Assembly: GCA_002256025.1 (NCBI GenBank)
Contig: NKIB01013343.1
Location: 1 to 59,316, forward strand
Source of the DNA: Asterionella formosa
Lineage: Eukaryota
Direction: 5' to 3'
DNA: 59,316 nt
In this document: positions 1 through 12,259 of the stretch, in pieces
Numbering within the stretch: position 1 is the first letter of the stretch
Layout of the letters: each line of letters begins with the position of its first letter
Made by a program: the position numbers and the translations under genes
Notes under the pieces: generated by a model
Databases searched by the model: none
What the model saw: the letters and a program-made list of their open reading frames with translations, nothing else
Told to the model about the DNA's origin: nothing

Positions 1-199
1 ACTACAATAATAATATTATATGACAAAAGTGCTTGCAAAAAGTGGTGTTAGGTTAGTCTTTGTGTTATAGACGCCATTAGATCAATCGATTGCACCAGTG
101 GCGTTTTCAAGTTGCGCTGTGATGCTGATGTTGATTTTCCCATCCACAAAATAGATTATATAGTTGGCGCTGGCATTTCTACAGTTATTTTATCAGTGG

Positions 200-830
200 C
201 AACGGACGTGATACACAGTGATCAACGGCTTGATCAGTGATACAGCATTGGTCAGGGGTCCAAAAACTGTATCAGTGATACACCCATGATACACCGGTGA
301 TCAGACCAAAAAAACCGTTGGTGATACACCAAAAAAAACCAAACCGCCATTTTTGTATCATATTTCGGCGATGATACACCAATGACAACAAATAACAGAA
401 TGATAAGAACTGCCCTTATATTTTATGTTGCTGCTTGATATCAAGACCATCATTATATTCTGGAGCGAGGGATATACACATGATCATCGCCAGCCAGTTG
501 CCGTTGAAGATCCATGTTACTCCATGATACAATGTGATCACAAATTAGTGATACAGTGACACTTTTGGAATGAATGAAATTCAGTTCAAATCGAGTTACC
601 GTTGCTGATACATTTTCAAAAAAATTCAAATTTCAAAAAAATTCAAATTCCGTGATACACGAAAAAAATGATAAGAACGGCCCTAAGGGTTGTTCTCATC
701 ATTTTCGATTTGGTATCATATTTTTTGAAAAGTATCATGCAATGGCTAATTGATTTAAAATTTAAAAAATCCATTCTCCACAAAAATAATAATAAAATTG
801 TATCACCAAAAAGTATCACGAAAATTCAAC
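200..830. repeat. Array of short TGATAC(AC)/GTATCA motifs, probably the subterminal region of a DNA transposon
   Basis: TGATAC recurs at about 210, 238, 277, 287, 322, 373, 525, 549, 606 and 653, with inverse GTATCA at about 269, 356, 713, 733, 800 and 812. AATGATAAGAAC(T/G)GCCCT is duplicated at about 399 and 667. Confidence 0.5.
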
Positions 831-943
831 GGTTACGGGCTGGCTACAAACACATGCATTTCCTTCCAAACTCCATACTGGTACCAAGCCAGTCCTCAAA
901 CCATGTAAGAAATCTATGCGTATTATGTATATGGACTACAATA

Positions 944-1120
944 GTCAATAGTATTTGCAGCCACAGGTAATGGTCGTAGTCACGTGATCATTTTCGTATT
1001 CTATCGCCTAGTAAGTGCTGGAGTGATAGTAGATACCGGTAGTGACAGCCAAAACCAAAGTATTTGCACAGCTAGTATATGTCGTATTCACGTGATCATT
1101 TTCGTATTCTATCGCCTATT
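944..1120 (+). repeat. Local tandem duplication (period about 107 bp)
   Basis: GTCGTA(G/T)TCACGTGATCATTTTCGTATTCTATCGCCTA occurs at about 974 and 1081. Confidence 0.75.
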
Positions 1121-1259
1121 ACTTCATCATGAGTTCCCGAATATCAGTACCAGGTACCTGTAATTAGATACCGGGTATATCTCTATGTACATCACTCAAT
1201 CTGTTCAATTCTCGACTTTGTGGTCATCGTTCCTTGGTGTTGTGGCTGAACAAGATGTT

Positions 1260-1650
1260 GGTGAGAATTTGAACAGCATTGATTGCCAGGAACTATCATG
1301 TCAGCAAGAAACCAAGGTAAATATTCGAATGGAGAATGTTCTAAGCATTCATTATTTTACTGAACAAAGGTATATATACAAGCAATGCAGAAAGCATTGG
1401 ATATTCACGATTGTTCTACTAAGAAAGTGGAGTTGAGTTGTCAGTTGAGAGTTGAATGGTGTCTAACACAAGAAGAATGAATATCTATGGTATACAAATT
1501 TGAGAAGAGAACCTTAATAATTGGTTGTATGGAAAATTACAAGATAAATCAAAAAATCTCACAATGAGGTGGGATTAGAACAGAAGGTTTAAGTACACGG
1601 AGCTTTTCTAGAAAGAGCTAGCATTGCAGTCAGACTGCGGAAGAATTCAA
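1260..1650 (+). repeat. Dispersed repeat; inverted second copy at about 43085-43450
   Basis: GAGAATTTGAACAGCATTGATTGCC...AGAGCTAGCATTGCAGTCAGACTGC aligns colinearly with the reverse complement of 43085-43450. Confidence 0.85.
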
Positions 1651-1679
1651 CATCTTTCAGCAGTAATGAGGGTTCCATC

Positions 1680-3320
1680 GTTAGCTATTATCTGGAGTAA
1701 CACAGAGGTAATAAAAAACTGTTGAATAGTCATCGATGACTGAAAATAGTGCGTCATTGCTATCTACCGGTACTTCTTCATTTTGCTACTGTACCTACCA
1801 CCAGCATTAATTGTTTGCTGACTTCATCTTGCTAATTACTGACTGCATTGCTGCACGTTGCGGTAATTTTGCTGAACTAAGGATTTCGCTGTGTTTCTCC
1901 CATGATCCTAACTATTACCGATAGGGAATCTTGTACGGTACATTAAATCCAGAACAAAAGATGGGCGGTTTTTCACTTTGGCCAGAAAAACTAATTTTGG
2001 AGACTTCAAGAATTTCCTGAAGTTTCCTTACGCATTTCCTGACGTTTCCTGAAGTTTCCTGAAAGTCATAGTCATTTCCTGAAATTCATAAGAATTTTCT
2101 GAAAGTCGTAGTCGCATGCTTTGTATTCTCGTTTTTGCAATTAGAAGAATTCCGCTTTTTATTTCGCTGAATCGTGCTATGAATAGAAGATGTCCTTTGG
2201 TACTATATATGATAAAATGTGTCACTGTCCGGTAACACGTTGTCTGTTTCAGGAAAATGACCGCAGCTTGCAGCTGAACCTGATGCGGTCATTTTGCTTA
2301 AATAAACAATGTAATATGGGATAAAGAGAGTTAAATTCTTAGTTCAGCAAATTTACCGTAACTTCCTGCCTTCAAGTTTATTTTGACGATGAAACAGCTG
2401 ACGGCTTAACATGTATCCAAACAATTATTTATAGAAAAATGGAGTGGCGCAAAACTTTAGGGGTTCGACAATTTTGGGGGTTGCGCCCCTGGAAGGTCTG
2501 GTAATAGCGAATTGCGCGCACTATATACTAAAAATTCCACATAGCGGTTTCAACCTACTTCATTGGAAGTCTGTCCGGCTCACCAATTCCTAAATGATGA
2601 AAATCTCAAATTTTTTCAATTTATTTAGATTACCTGTAACCGTTACAAACTTTCAAACGGAAAAGCGCTGCCACCTTTCACCGCAGAATCGCTGACTACC
2701 GACTTCAACTTGCTAACTGCTGACTTGATTTGCTGAAAATTTGAAATATTCTCTGACTGCTGACTGCTAACTTCAACATGCTGACGTCAAAGAAGCTACT
2801 TTGTACATAGGAAGAGACCGACTACCGTTACCGGTGTACGAATCGTGTCTACTTTTCATATAAGAATAACGATGGAAACGCATCATTTTTTGTTGTTGGG
2901 ATACTAAAAGCGATGCCTTCTACGTTCATGCTATACTATCGGGAGTAACATAGACATACCTGGTACCTGGTACTTTGTATATGATAAGAAACTGTGAAAT
3001 CGACATCGATGCCTAAAAAATTCATTGCTATCTACTTCGTGATATTGCTACCACCATGTACCGGTACTATCGTAAAAGTACTGACTTCAACTTGCTAACT
3101 ACTGACTGCTGACTTGATTCGCTGAAATTTTGAAAAAATCGCTGACTGCTGCTGACTGCTGACATGAAATTTCTGACTGTTGACTTCAACTTACTGACTA
3201 CTGAGTTCCAGTTCATTTCGACAATAAAACGAGTAACGGCTTAACGTCTATGTAAATTACTATTTAAAGAATATCGGAGGAGTGGCGCAAAATTTAGGGG
3301 TTCGACAATTTTTGCGGTAT
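1680..3320. repeat. Mosaic of locally duplicated segments (1680-1850 vs 2930-3210; GCTGACT-rich blocks; 2440-2480 vs 3278-3313)
   Basis: Shared GGAGTAACA...CATCGATG...CATTGCTATCTA...CTGACTTCA blocks. GGAGTGGCGCAAAA(C)TTTAGGGGTTCGACAATTTT occurs twice. Confidence 0.7.
1857..2361. mobile_element. MITE-like element with about 30-bp terminal inverted repeats
   Basis: Left end GTTGCGGTAATTTTGCTGAACTAAGGATTT; right end reverse complement GTTACGGTAAATTTGCTGAACTAAGAATTT. Internal TTTCCTGAAG-type tandem at 2010-2105. No clear TSD. Confidence 0.65.
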
Positions 3321-3341
3321 TCCCCTTCCTTTTTCTTGTAC

Positions 3342-3480
3342 GTGAATCGATGAACAGAAAACGAGCAACCTGCACGCTATGTTCGCTGATTACCGGACCT
3401 TCCTGCCTTTTTTCGCATGTGAATCGATGACCAGCCAGTAGACGAGCAACCTGCAAGCTATGTGCGCTGATTACCGGATT
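3342..3480 (+). repeat. Tandem duplication of a unit of about 77 bp
   Basis: GTGAATCGATGA...ACGAGCAACCTGCA(C/A)GCTATGT(T/G)CGCTGATTACCGGA occurs twice. Confidence 0.8.
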
Positions 3481-3949
3481 CCTGTCCATAGAGCTGTACA
3501 GACCATCTTCGCATAATATCATAGACTAAGTACAACATGCATGCGTAGTGTGTATTGTCTAAACATAGTGACATCATCTAGGTATGACCTTATATTGCAG
3601 CGAGTACCATATGTCATGAAACCAACCCTGATAAACTGTCGATTTCAATGACAAAACAAAAATTGTTCCTATTTTTCGATATTCTTTTTAGTAAACAAAA
3701 AGTATCATTTAGAATTTTTTTTATTTTTTTAAGCATTGATAGATCAATTATTGATTTGCTAGAATATTTAGTCAAAAAAGGGAACAGGAACTCCCTGGAC
3801 GAACTCACTGTGCATTTTCGGACACTTTTGTGCAAAAATTGTGATGGACCTTTCTCTGCCCAGGCTCATCATGCCAGAAAGCGCTACGCAGGCTATCCTA
3901 CTCTCCTAAAGTAGCCTTAGGACGCTATATAAATGTAAATGAAATTAAC

Positions 3950-4830
3950 CACATTATATTGGCATCCATACACCTATGTTTGTTTGACATAGTCAGAATT
4001 ACATGGTGGTCACTCTTTTTTCAGGCATATGGTCTCCTCTTTCCAGAGGTTTTTGGTTTGAATTATCACCCCCAGTATCTTTGAGCTTATCTTGTGGATT
4101 TGTTCCTGACTGGGTTCGCTTTCAAATCTTTTCCTGATAGATGATAGTGTGGTTGATGGTGGAACAACAACAACAGGTGGTGAAGGAGGAGGTGGACAAC
4201 AAGCTCAAGCTGCCAGGCAGAGTCGAAACGAGATCCTTGGGCTGTACTCCCAGCAGAGGGAGACGCAAAATGGTATGATACAGTTACAGACACAAGTGGG
4301 ATACAACCAGGTTGCAGTTATGAAGGAGATTAAAAAATTCAAACTACCCTTTCAAGAATGCCAAGGACGCCATCACAAAGATTAGCAGCAGGTAACCAAA
4401 CTTCGGCAGCCGCCACCACCGCAAATGTGGTATGCAATTCAAGCAATAATGAACAAGTTGATGCTACAGCAGACTCAGACATGATGGATGTAGAGGAGGG
4501 AGGTAGCAATTATGTCAGTAGCCTTTCCAAGGCACCAAAGACACAATTTGTTCTCTGGCAGGAATTCGAAGTTGGAATTGGGGGACAAAAGGCAGCTAGA
4601 CTATTTACAAGGGTTGAGAGGGGAAGAGTCAAGGTGCAGTATTGTTGGTGCCGAGTTGCGTGGGATACTGTGGCTGCCTTAGTTCAAGCTGGATTCACTG
4701 CTCATAGTACTGCAATTGATAAAATAGTATATGAGGTCTATGTTTTTGTCAAGATAAAATAGTAACACAGATTGTCAATCAAATGATGCAAGATCATTCC
4801 ACTGGTGCTGGTCATCCACAGCTTTGCATT
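3950..4830 (+). mobile_element. Decayed Crypton(F)-like remnant with a C-terminal GCR1_C-like DNA-binding domain
   Basis: ORF 4358-4762 contains LSKAPKTQFVLWQEFEVGIGGQKAARLFTRVERG...VAWDTV, matching the GCR1_C pattern (T/V-x-x-LW-x-E-x-x-x-G-x-x-G-x-x-A/S). It is frameshifted relative to ORF 4149-4385. Confidence 0.65.
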
Positions 4831-5328
4831 TAGATAATTACATTTACTAGCATACATGATTTTTTACATTAGCTACATTCATTGCTTGTGTTCACTTCAT
4901 TTCCGGCATGTTGACATCATAAAATGGAAATACCCATAAAATGCGATAGAGTCGTTTTCCCGGTATGTACCAGGGTACCTGGTATACCTGCAGGATTACA
5001 AGCAGCCATACACTATACCAGTATATTACTCAGAAGGAAAATACACGATGAAGCAAGCAGCGATGGTATGACAATTGTGGCTACATAGCTTGTGAACGGT
5101 ACTACCGGTAGTTAACTACTAGTACTGCTAGCTTCCACTACGCGTTTGATAAGTTTAATTTTTTACGACTACGTTCCCGGCATTTATGTGCTCATCACCT
5201 GAAACATTAAATAATGGTGCCGGTATTGAAGAACTCACTAAGCTACTAGCTGTAACGGTAATCGATGAACTGATAATTTATGAGTGGTTTAGAGATAGTT
5301 GTTGCTTCGGGCTGAGTGGTCATTGGAG

Positions 5329-5336
5329 TGACGTCA
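5329..5336 (+). promoter_or_regulatory. Palindromic TGACGTCA (CRE-like; contains the TGACGT bound by diatom bZIP/aureochrome factors)
   Basis: Lies about 165 bp upstream of the ATG at 5499. The motif is seen directly; function is inferred. Confidence 0.35.
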
Positions 5337-5498
5337 TGCTGGGTCAATAAGTCGGGAAACCTGTAGGAAACCGTTGGGGTTCTCAACAGCCGGTACCGGT
5401 ATGCCTTTTTCAGAACAGCACTACATACCACGTATTTATTTGTGTTTGTACGATGCTGACTGCACAAAAACCTTTTAGTCATTCTTGGTCCAGGAACA

Positions 5499-5873
5499 AT
5501 GAAGCTTGCTGTCGCGATTATTGCTGTTGTGGCGTCGGCCCAGGCATTTTGTCCCACTGCTTTTACGCGTGGAGATGTTGCTTCCACCAAGACGCAACTT
5601 TTGTCAGAGCCGGAAGACGATGAGGGAGGAGGTCTTGACTTGAACTTGGAGGAAATGTTCGATATGTGAGTTGGTCGCCAGAGCGAAGCGAGTATATGCC
5701 GTAAAGTTGCTGCACAGCAAAGCATGATGGTTTAACCTCGTTTGTGCCGGGCTTTAATCAGCAGCAACGTACTCACCCGATCTGATAATTTTGTTTGGCT
5801 CAGGTTTGACGCTGCCGACAAGGGGGTGGACTTCGATAAGGCACTTGACAAGGTCAAGGGTGGCACTAAATGA
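5499..5873 (+). CDS. Small (78 aa) plastid-targeted acidic protein of unknown function; exons 5499-5665 and 5804-5873
   Basis: Spliced product MKLAVAIIAVVASAQAFCPTAFTRGDVASTKTQLLSEPEDDEGGGLDLNLEEMFDMFDAADKGVDFDKALDKVKGGTK*. Intron 5666-5803 is GTGAGT...ACTCAC...CAG and preserves the frame. Signal peptide with AQA-F cleavage motif. Confidence 0.85.
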
Positions 5874-6166
5874 TGAAATGATTCTTCATGAATGTTAGCC
5901 AATATTACATCTTGGGTTCTGCATTAACGCTACTGAGACATTTAAAACGCAATCTATAGACACAAATTTGTCCTCTAGAATAATGAACATTTCATTGCTT
6001 TGTTTACTGTATACTCTTGCTTTGTTTGGAAGCATTTCGCCATTCTCTCGAGTTGCATGTTTGTGTAGCTCAAGTCACTGTCGCTCTTGGATACCTGATT
6101 CTTCTTTTAATGATGAGCTAGATCATCTCAATTCTAGATCATCTCAATTCTGCGTTACCAGCGCAC

Positions 6167-6556
6167 CTACAATGTCACGGGAGGCAATGCCCCCACGGGT
6201 ATCAAATCACGTGATCCCAGCATGAGGGGAATTAAAAACAAGACAGGGACCAAGGAAAGGATGATGTAAATAATGACTCGGGTTTGTTTTGGGTCGTTAA
6301 GATCCACTTTCAAGACTTCCTCGGCTATGTCGCCTTGGGACAAAAACGGGGCGACTACAGTTTGTGGTGTCGTGGTTGTTTCATCTCCCAATTCAGTGAA
6401 TCCGTCATCTCCTTTGGAAGATGTTAGTCGAAGAGTGGACACACTCTTAATCAAAGTTGCCGGTAAATACCGGACAAATGGTGCCGGTTGAAAGGCAGCG
6501 ACTTGTGTGGTTGTGGTTGCATAAGCAACTAGAGGAAGAGATAAATACAAGAGCAT
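6167..6556 (-). CDS. Plastid-targeted single-pass membrane protein (129 aa), unknown function
   Basis: Signal peptide ending VAA-FQPAP (ASAFAP-like), S/T/R-rich transit peptide, C-terminal hydrophobic helix VIIYIILSLVPVLFLIPLML. Confidence 0.8.
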   Translation of the reverse strand: MLLYLSLPLVAYATTTTQVAAFQPAPFVRYLPATLIKSVSTLRLTSSKGDDGFTELGDETTTTPQTVVAPFLSQGDIAEEVLKVDLNDPKQTRVIIYIILSLVPVLFLIPLMLGSRDLIPVGALPPVTL

Positions 6557-6841
6557 CTTGCTTAAACTGAGTAATTGTACAGATCATGATCAGACAAGCT
6601 TGACAACATCAGCAGGAAAGGGAATATACGCACGGCGGTACGTAAGTAGTGTATAGGACAAACGTATCGGTAGACTATTTCAGCGTAATGTAGCTACCGG
6701 CACGTAGATACCGGTATTTACATCCATCTTACCCCGGTATTTTAGATGTTTGTAAAGGTATTATCAATACGAGGTGCATGATATACTGGTACATACCGTC
6801 AAAACCTGGTGTCTCGTATCCCCCCAGATAGGGGTACCTGG

Positions 6842-7038
6842 TGAAGTATCTAACTAGAAGTAGTAGTATTTGTTGAATATATGAGCTTATTCGTTAATCC
6901 TTGTGTGTAACTCGTTCTCTAAGTCCACACCAAAATATACAATGAGGGTTAGTCGAGTTCTCTCATTATTGAGTTCTGATACATATATGATATAACACTA
7001 ACCCTATATACATCTGTATTGATGAGCAAGATCGCTTA
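6842..7038 (-). repeat. 3' LTR of Gypsy copy 1
   Basis: About 10 mismatches in 197 bp against 10811-11007 (counted by eye); ends ...TACTTCA on the minus strand. Confidence 0.95.
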
Positions 7039-10000
7039 CTCTCCCACACCAAGGAAAACCTTTTACCTTTGAAAAGGTTTGATGTAATGAATATTAATTC
7101 ATTCCGTAGTATGCATAGTTTGTTGAAAAGTAACTGTACCATTGGCATATACTTGAATAATAGAATAAGGACCTCATCCATGGTTATCCAAGGTAGTAGG
7201 ATTATCCAATAGGATTAAAACCTCATCAACAGCTTTGTAATCGCAAGAACGATGATGGAAATTATCACGAAATAGTCATTTGTCAATTATCACTTATCGA
7301 TATTGATATCTCAATATCAATTACATATCTTTAATCAAATCATATTGGAAAACCCATGTTCCTGGTGAAAATACACAATGTACTATAAATAGTAGCTCGA
7401 GCTGCATATGATGCAGCAAACTGGTATCCACAATATTCTGAACTTGAAATTCCTTGATTGGAGGATGAGCCTTTAACATAACTCGTACATAGACTTTTAC
7501 TGATAGATTGATGTAAACGTTCACGGATACCATTTGTTTGTGGATTCTTGACTGTAATGGTCCCAATTTTAATTCCATTCAACACTTACATGTGTATGAA
7601 CGGAATACCAGTAAATTGACCTCCATTGTCATGTATACAACCTTCTGGAAAGAGATATCTGTCTAACCAATCATTTTCAAGTTTCATCGCAATATATTCT
7701 GATGTCTTTTTATTGACATGTGAAATTTCTGGTAAATTGGTGACTGTGTTAACTCAAGTTGGAGCATGAAATTCAATCGCTTGTGCAGTCACTGTTATCT
7801 TCCATGGACCAATGAAATCCACTGTGACTTCTGAGCATTGCAATAATAATGCATTCCTTGGTGGAAGTTCACCAAAACCCAGCACCAGGTAATTTTGTAC
7901 GTTTTGACATGTTTCATATATGCTTGCAATATGTTCCACTCTTGCTTTTAATGGAGGATAGTAAAAAATGTGCAGAAACTGTGGCATTTCATCTTGTCAT
8001 ACCCATATGAGCTAACCTCTGATGATAACAATTAATAATAGGATCCAATAGTGATGTAGGAATAACAATACGTCAAGTATCTCCTGGATTCTTCACAAAA
8101 CATATAAAATGTATATGATGAAAATCGATAGAGGAAAATTTTAACGGATGTGTTTGTTGATTGAGAATGAGATGAGTTGTTTGATTGAGAATCAATTGTA
8201 TATCCAGCAATTGTCTATCATGTATTGAGTTATAATCCAGAGGATATTTAATATTGTCTGCCAAAATTGGATGATTGAGGAAACAGGTAAACAAAGGTTC
8301 ATCATCTAATTCAATTGAGAAAGTAGAAATGGATGTTGATGCTGAAGATTTCGGTCCAATATCATCCCCCACCAAAGACTCAAGCCTCGGGAGGCGAGAG
8401 ATAGAATCTGTAATATTTGACATTATCAGTACCCTTCATATTGTGAAAAGTGAGAAGATATTCTTCAATATAAATCCTCCACCGGAGAACACGTTGAGTT
8501 TCTGTGTAGGGTAATAAAGATAAAAATATGATGATCAGTGTGAACATGTAGAACCGCATTCAATGGCATAGAGCGAAATTCTTTGAAAGTTTCTGAATTG
8601 AAAATCAGAAACATTAGGAAAAAATATGGAAAGGAAAATTACGATCAGGATAACGCATGGGTGTATCTGCAACTAACAATGCTTTTATTGATGCAAAAGT
8701 TTGTTGATGTATGCATAGTAGGTAACCATACAAATGGACTAGTTCCATTTAAATCCTGTTTTGAATTTTGAAGACCAAAATTTGAAGTCAGTTGGAGTTT
8801 ATCGATATCTCAATGAGTCAGTTTCTTCAACAGACCATTTCATTTAGAATTTTGCTGGATGATTTGTGTTAAATAAATTTATTTCAGCCATTTCAGCATC
8901 TTTCTGTGTCTGTATAGTTAGGAGCTTGAATGTTCCATGTGTGAACATAACCCTTGATAGGTGTATCAAAATATGATAACAAACCATTGTGCAAATGTTC
9001 TGTATCATTATAGGAATGCATGACATGCAGAAAAATACTGATATATCCACCATACAGACAGGGCATGGTATTTGTAAATTATCCATCATAAATTAATCAG
9101 CTGGACAAATTAGCAAACTCGCAGAAGGTACTAAGACCAGGTACTTCTGTTGCAAGATTCAAGCTGACGGATTAAACTTTGGGAGCATCATAAGACAGAT
9201 TCAATGTGCTGTTGCTCATAAATATATGTATATTCCAACCTGTAATTATCCTGTAAATAACAATAGTTATTCAGGTAATGATTTACGTAAGACATATTCA
9301 ATGTGCTGTCGCTCATAAATATATATATATATATATATGTAAATTATTAAAATCGTAGCATTGGTGCTATTGTCGCACATACTTCTGTTGTTAAGGCGAT
9401 CTGTTCAGCATTCTGCTGGTTTTTTATTAGGCACATCGGCCACTAACTGACTAACAGGAGGGTTCATGACCACTAAAATTTCCTGGGCAGATTCATGATA
9501 GTCGGCAGGTTTGGCCCTGGGCACAGTACCCTAACCAGACATCATCATAGGGTTAACCCATGGATTTGCTTGTATAAAACATGTACGGAAGAAAAAAAAC
9601 ATGAATAGAGTTAGCTGTGTTAGTATGATAATTTGCTCCACGTAGAATTTCTACGCCAGAGGAACAGGAACAGGAGTCCGAACAGGAACAAGGTTAGTAG
9701 TGTTAGTAATGTTAACTCCATGAACCTTATGTTTGACCGTTGTTTCATATCCCATGAGTGGCCGGCTGCATTAAAATGCATGTGCCCTGCCATTGCCACT
9801 GAGTTTAAAATTATCATGTACAAATTTACGCTTGAAATGGTGGTTGTATTCTTGATACATCACAGGACTGCATTTAGCAATGCAAGACGATCTTTTGTTA
9901 AAATTGACACTAGTCACGCTTATTTTCTTGATGCATCATGGAATTTTCTTCAACTTCAACTATTTATATACGATTTTGTGTTAGAAAAATGACACCAGCA

Positions 10001-10810
10001 GGCACGCGCGTTCTCTCGACATAACACGATTGCCTTCAGCGATGTGAAGTCGATTGCGGCTTATGGTAGAACTCATGCTTGAGAATGAGCTTGAGTTGAT
10101 CTTTGAATGATTGTTGATTCTCAAAGTAAGTCAAAACCAAGCGAATCAATTATTTTGTGTTCTTTTCATTGTTCCATTTAAACACTTGCTTGTTGCCACG
10201 CATTGTCGATCAAGTAAAATGACAATCAACCTCAAATCTTCCTTGGCGGAAACCACTTGATCTTCTGGATGAGTTATCATGAGTTTTAGGAGCTTCTTTA
10301 AGGTCTTGAGACAGGCAGCGACATTCATCAACAGCACGTTGAACTGTTTTATCGAGTTTTATCAGAAAATCCACATCCGCTGAGGCTGTCTTTCAAAGGA
10401 ACATGTCATGAGTACAATAATGCTTCAGCCACCTTACCATGATTTTGTAGAGACTCTCATAGGACTGTTGATTATCTGGGTGCATCGCAACTCTCGCCCA
10501 GTCAGACAAGGCGATATCAATAAGGCATATTCTGTAGAAATAGGAGAACAAGCAAGGAATCTGCTGGACTGAAGATGTATGTGTTAGCCATATCACAGGA
10601 TTTACTGAAATCAATCAACAAGCTTCCACTGAGCGTCAATTGATCATATCTTTGCTGTAAGACTCCAAATGTCGACCTGGCTTGTAAGAATACACAAAGA
10701 AGTTTGAATCTTGATGTTTAGTATGTTGTTATTCTTCATCAATGGGACCACTGGAACTTGAGAGGACATCAACATTATTAATTCTAATTGGACTCTTTTT
10801 GAATTCAAAG

Positions 10811-11007
10811 TGAAGTATCTAACTAGAAGTAGTAGTATTTGTTGAATATATGAGCTTATTCGTTAATCCTTGTGTGTAATTCGCTCTCTAAGTCGACACC
10901 AAAATATTCAATGAGGGTTAGTCGCGTTCTCTCATTATTGATATCTGATACATATATGATATAACACTAACCCTATATACATCTGTATTGATGCACAAGA
11001 TCGCTCA
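10811..11007 (-). repeat. 5' LTR of Gypsy copy 1
   Basis: TG...CA termini on the minus strand (TGAGCGATC...GATACTTCA). Confidence 0.95.
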
Positions 11008-12259
11008 CCTGGTACCTGTGTTGAGGATAAACGATTACTGTTAGCAGATAGTACCTGGTAGTATAACTAGTACTGCAATGACTGCAGAGTGTGCACAACC
11101 GACAGTCATGGTGAGGAATTCCATGGAACAAGAAGGTCAGTTCAGGAAAATATATGTGGGATTCATAAATGGAATAGCAATTCCTACAGATAAAGTCCAA
11201 CATGCAAGTTTAACTCGTTAGACTGAAACAATTGGAACTACAAATTGTATGAAATCAACCAATGAGAACAAAGAGTGGATTGTGGTGAAGAGGAAGTCCG
11301 AGAAAGTAAGATTCATGAAACAAGATCATCTTGGTAAGACCAAGTGATTTGTCAAGATTGATAGAAAATTAATCTGAAGTAATCACAACATTGAAAAAGG
11401 CAAATCTAAAAGGAGATTAAAGTGTTCTCGAAAACTAGCTAGTGGAGAACTAGTAGTACTGGACACTGGACATGTAAGTACTATCGAGGAGATTTGGAAC
11501 ATCTCAACATATTACCTACAACCCCCTGTGTACATCTGGTGCAACCCCTTGCAAATATTTCATGTGTACAGAAAAAATAACACAACATAAACGTATTCTA
11601 TTCATTGATATGTATTTTTGTATATCATTCCTGGTACCATACGACTGTTCCCTGTAAAATATTGTCACAAAAGGCAACATTTGTTATGGCGAAATCCTTG
11701 GCGTCAGAGGTACCACCCATGGAAGGGGCTGTGAACAGCATGCCTGCTGTGGGGCAATCGTGAGGCAGAATGATTGTGTTTGATTCAAGGCAGCAGTGGC
11801 TGGTCCCAATGCATTGATGGAGTTGATCAGGCAGGTATAAAGGCTGTTCTGATCCTTGATTGGATGGAACTGTGCACAGTTGGTTTCCTTGGCAAGAATA
11901 TTACAGCTTTGAAGAAAACAAGTTTGTGAAAGTCATTGAGCTCTATGACTCTAGTGAAAATGCTCCCAAAAGAGCAGAAAGTCGCAATAACCTTGGAGTT
12001 TGTTCATTCCGGCTTCTTGAGAACATCCAGATTCAGGAGTAGATGTTATGAAAAATGGAAAAGCTTTCAAGTCCTTCAATCAATCTACACTATAACATTA
12101 ATAATTGTATTAGAAATTAGCATTTTCACCATTAGAATCTCTTCGGTTTAGTTTTTTTGTAGTCATCAGCTTGTTTTATTTGAACAATACTAGGGTTTGC
12201 CATCCTGAATCTAATTGACAACAATAATTCTTTCACTAAAATTAAATGTTAAAATAGAT

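Larger units (their letters stand above)
6842..11007 (-). mobile_element. Decayed Ty3/Gypsy LTR retrotransposon with both LTRs; protease/RT region deleted
   Basis: 197-bp LTRs at 6842-7038 and 10811-11007; 5-bp TSD CCTGG at 6837-6841 and 11008-11012; polypurine tract GGGAGAG on the minus strand next to 7039. Fragments of gag, RNase H and integrase (VDFIGPW) are colinear with the copy at 33308. Confidence 0.95.

Noticed and set aside
5246..5725. 159-aa minus-strand ORF
   Set aside because: Antisense shadow of the spliced plus-strand gene at 5499-5873.
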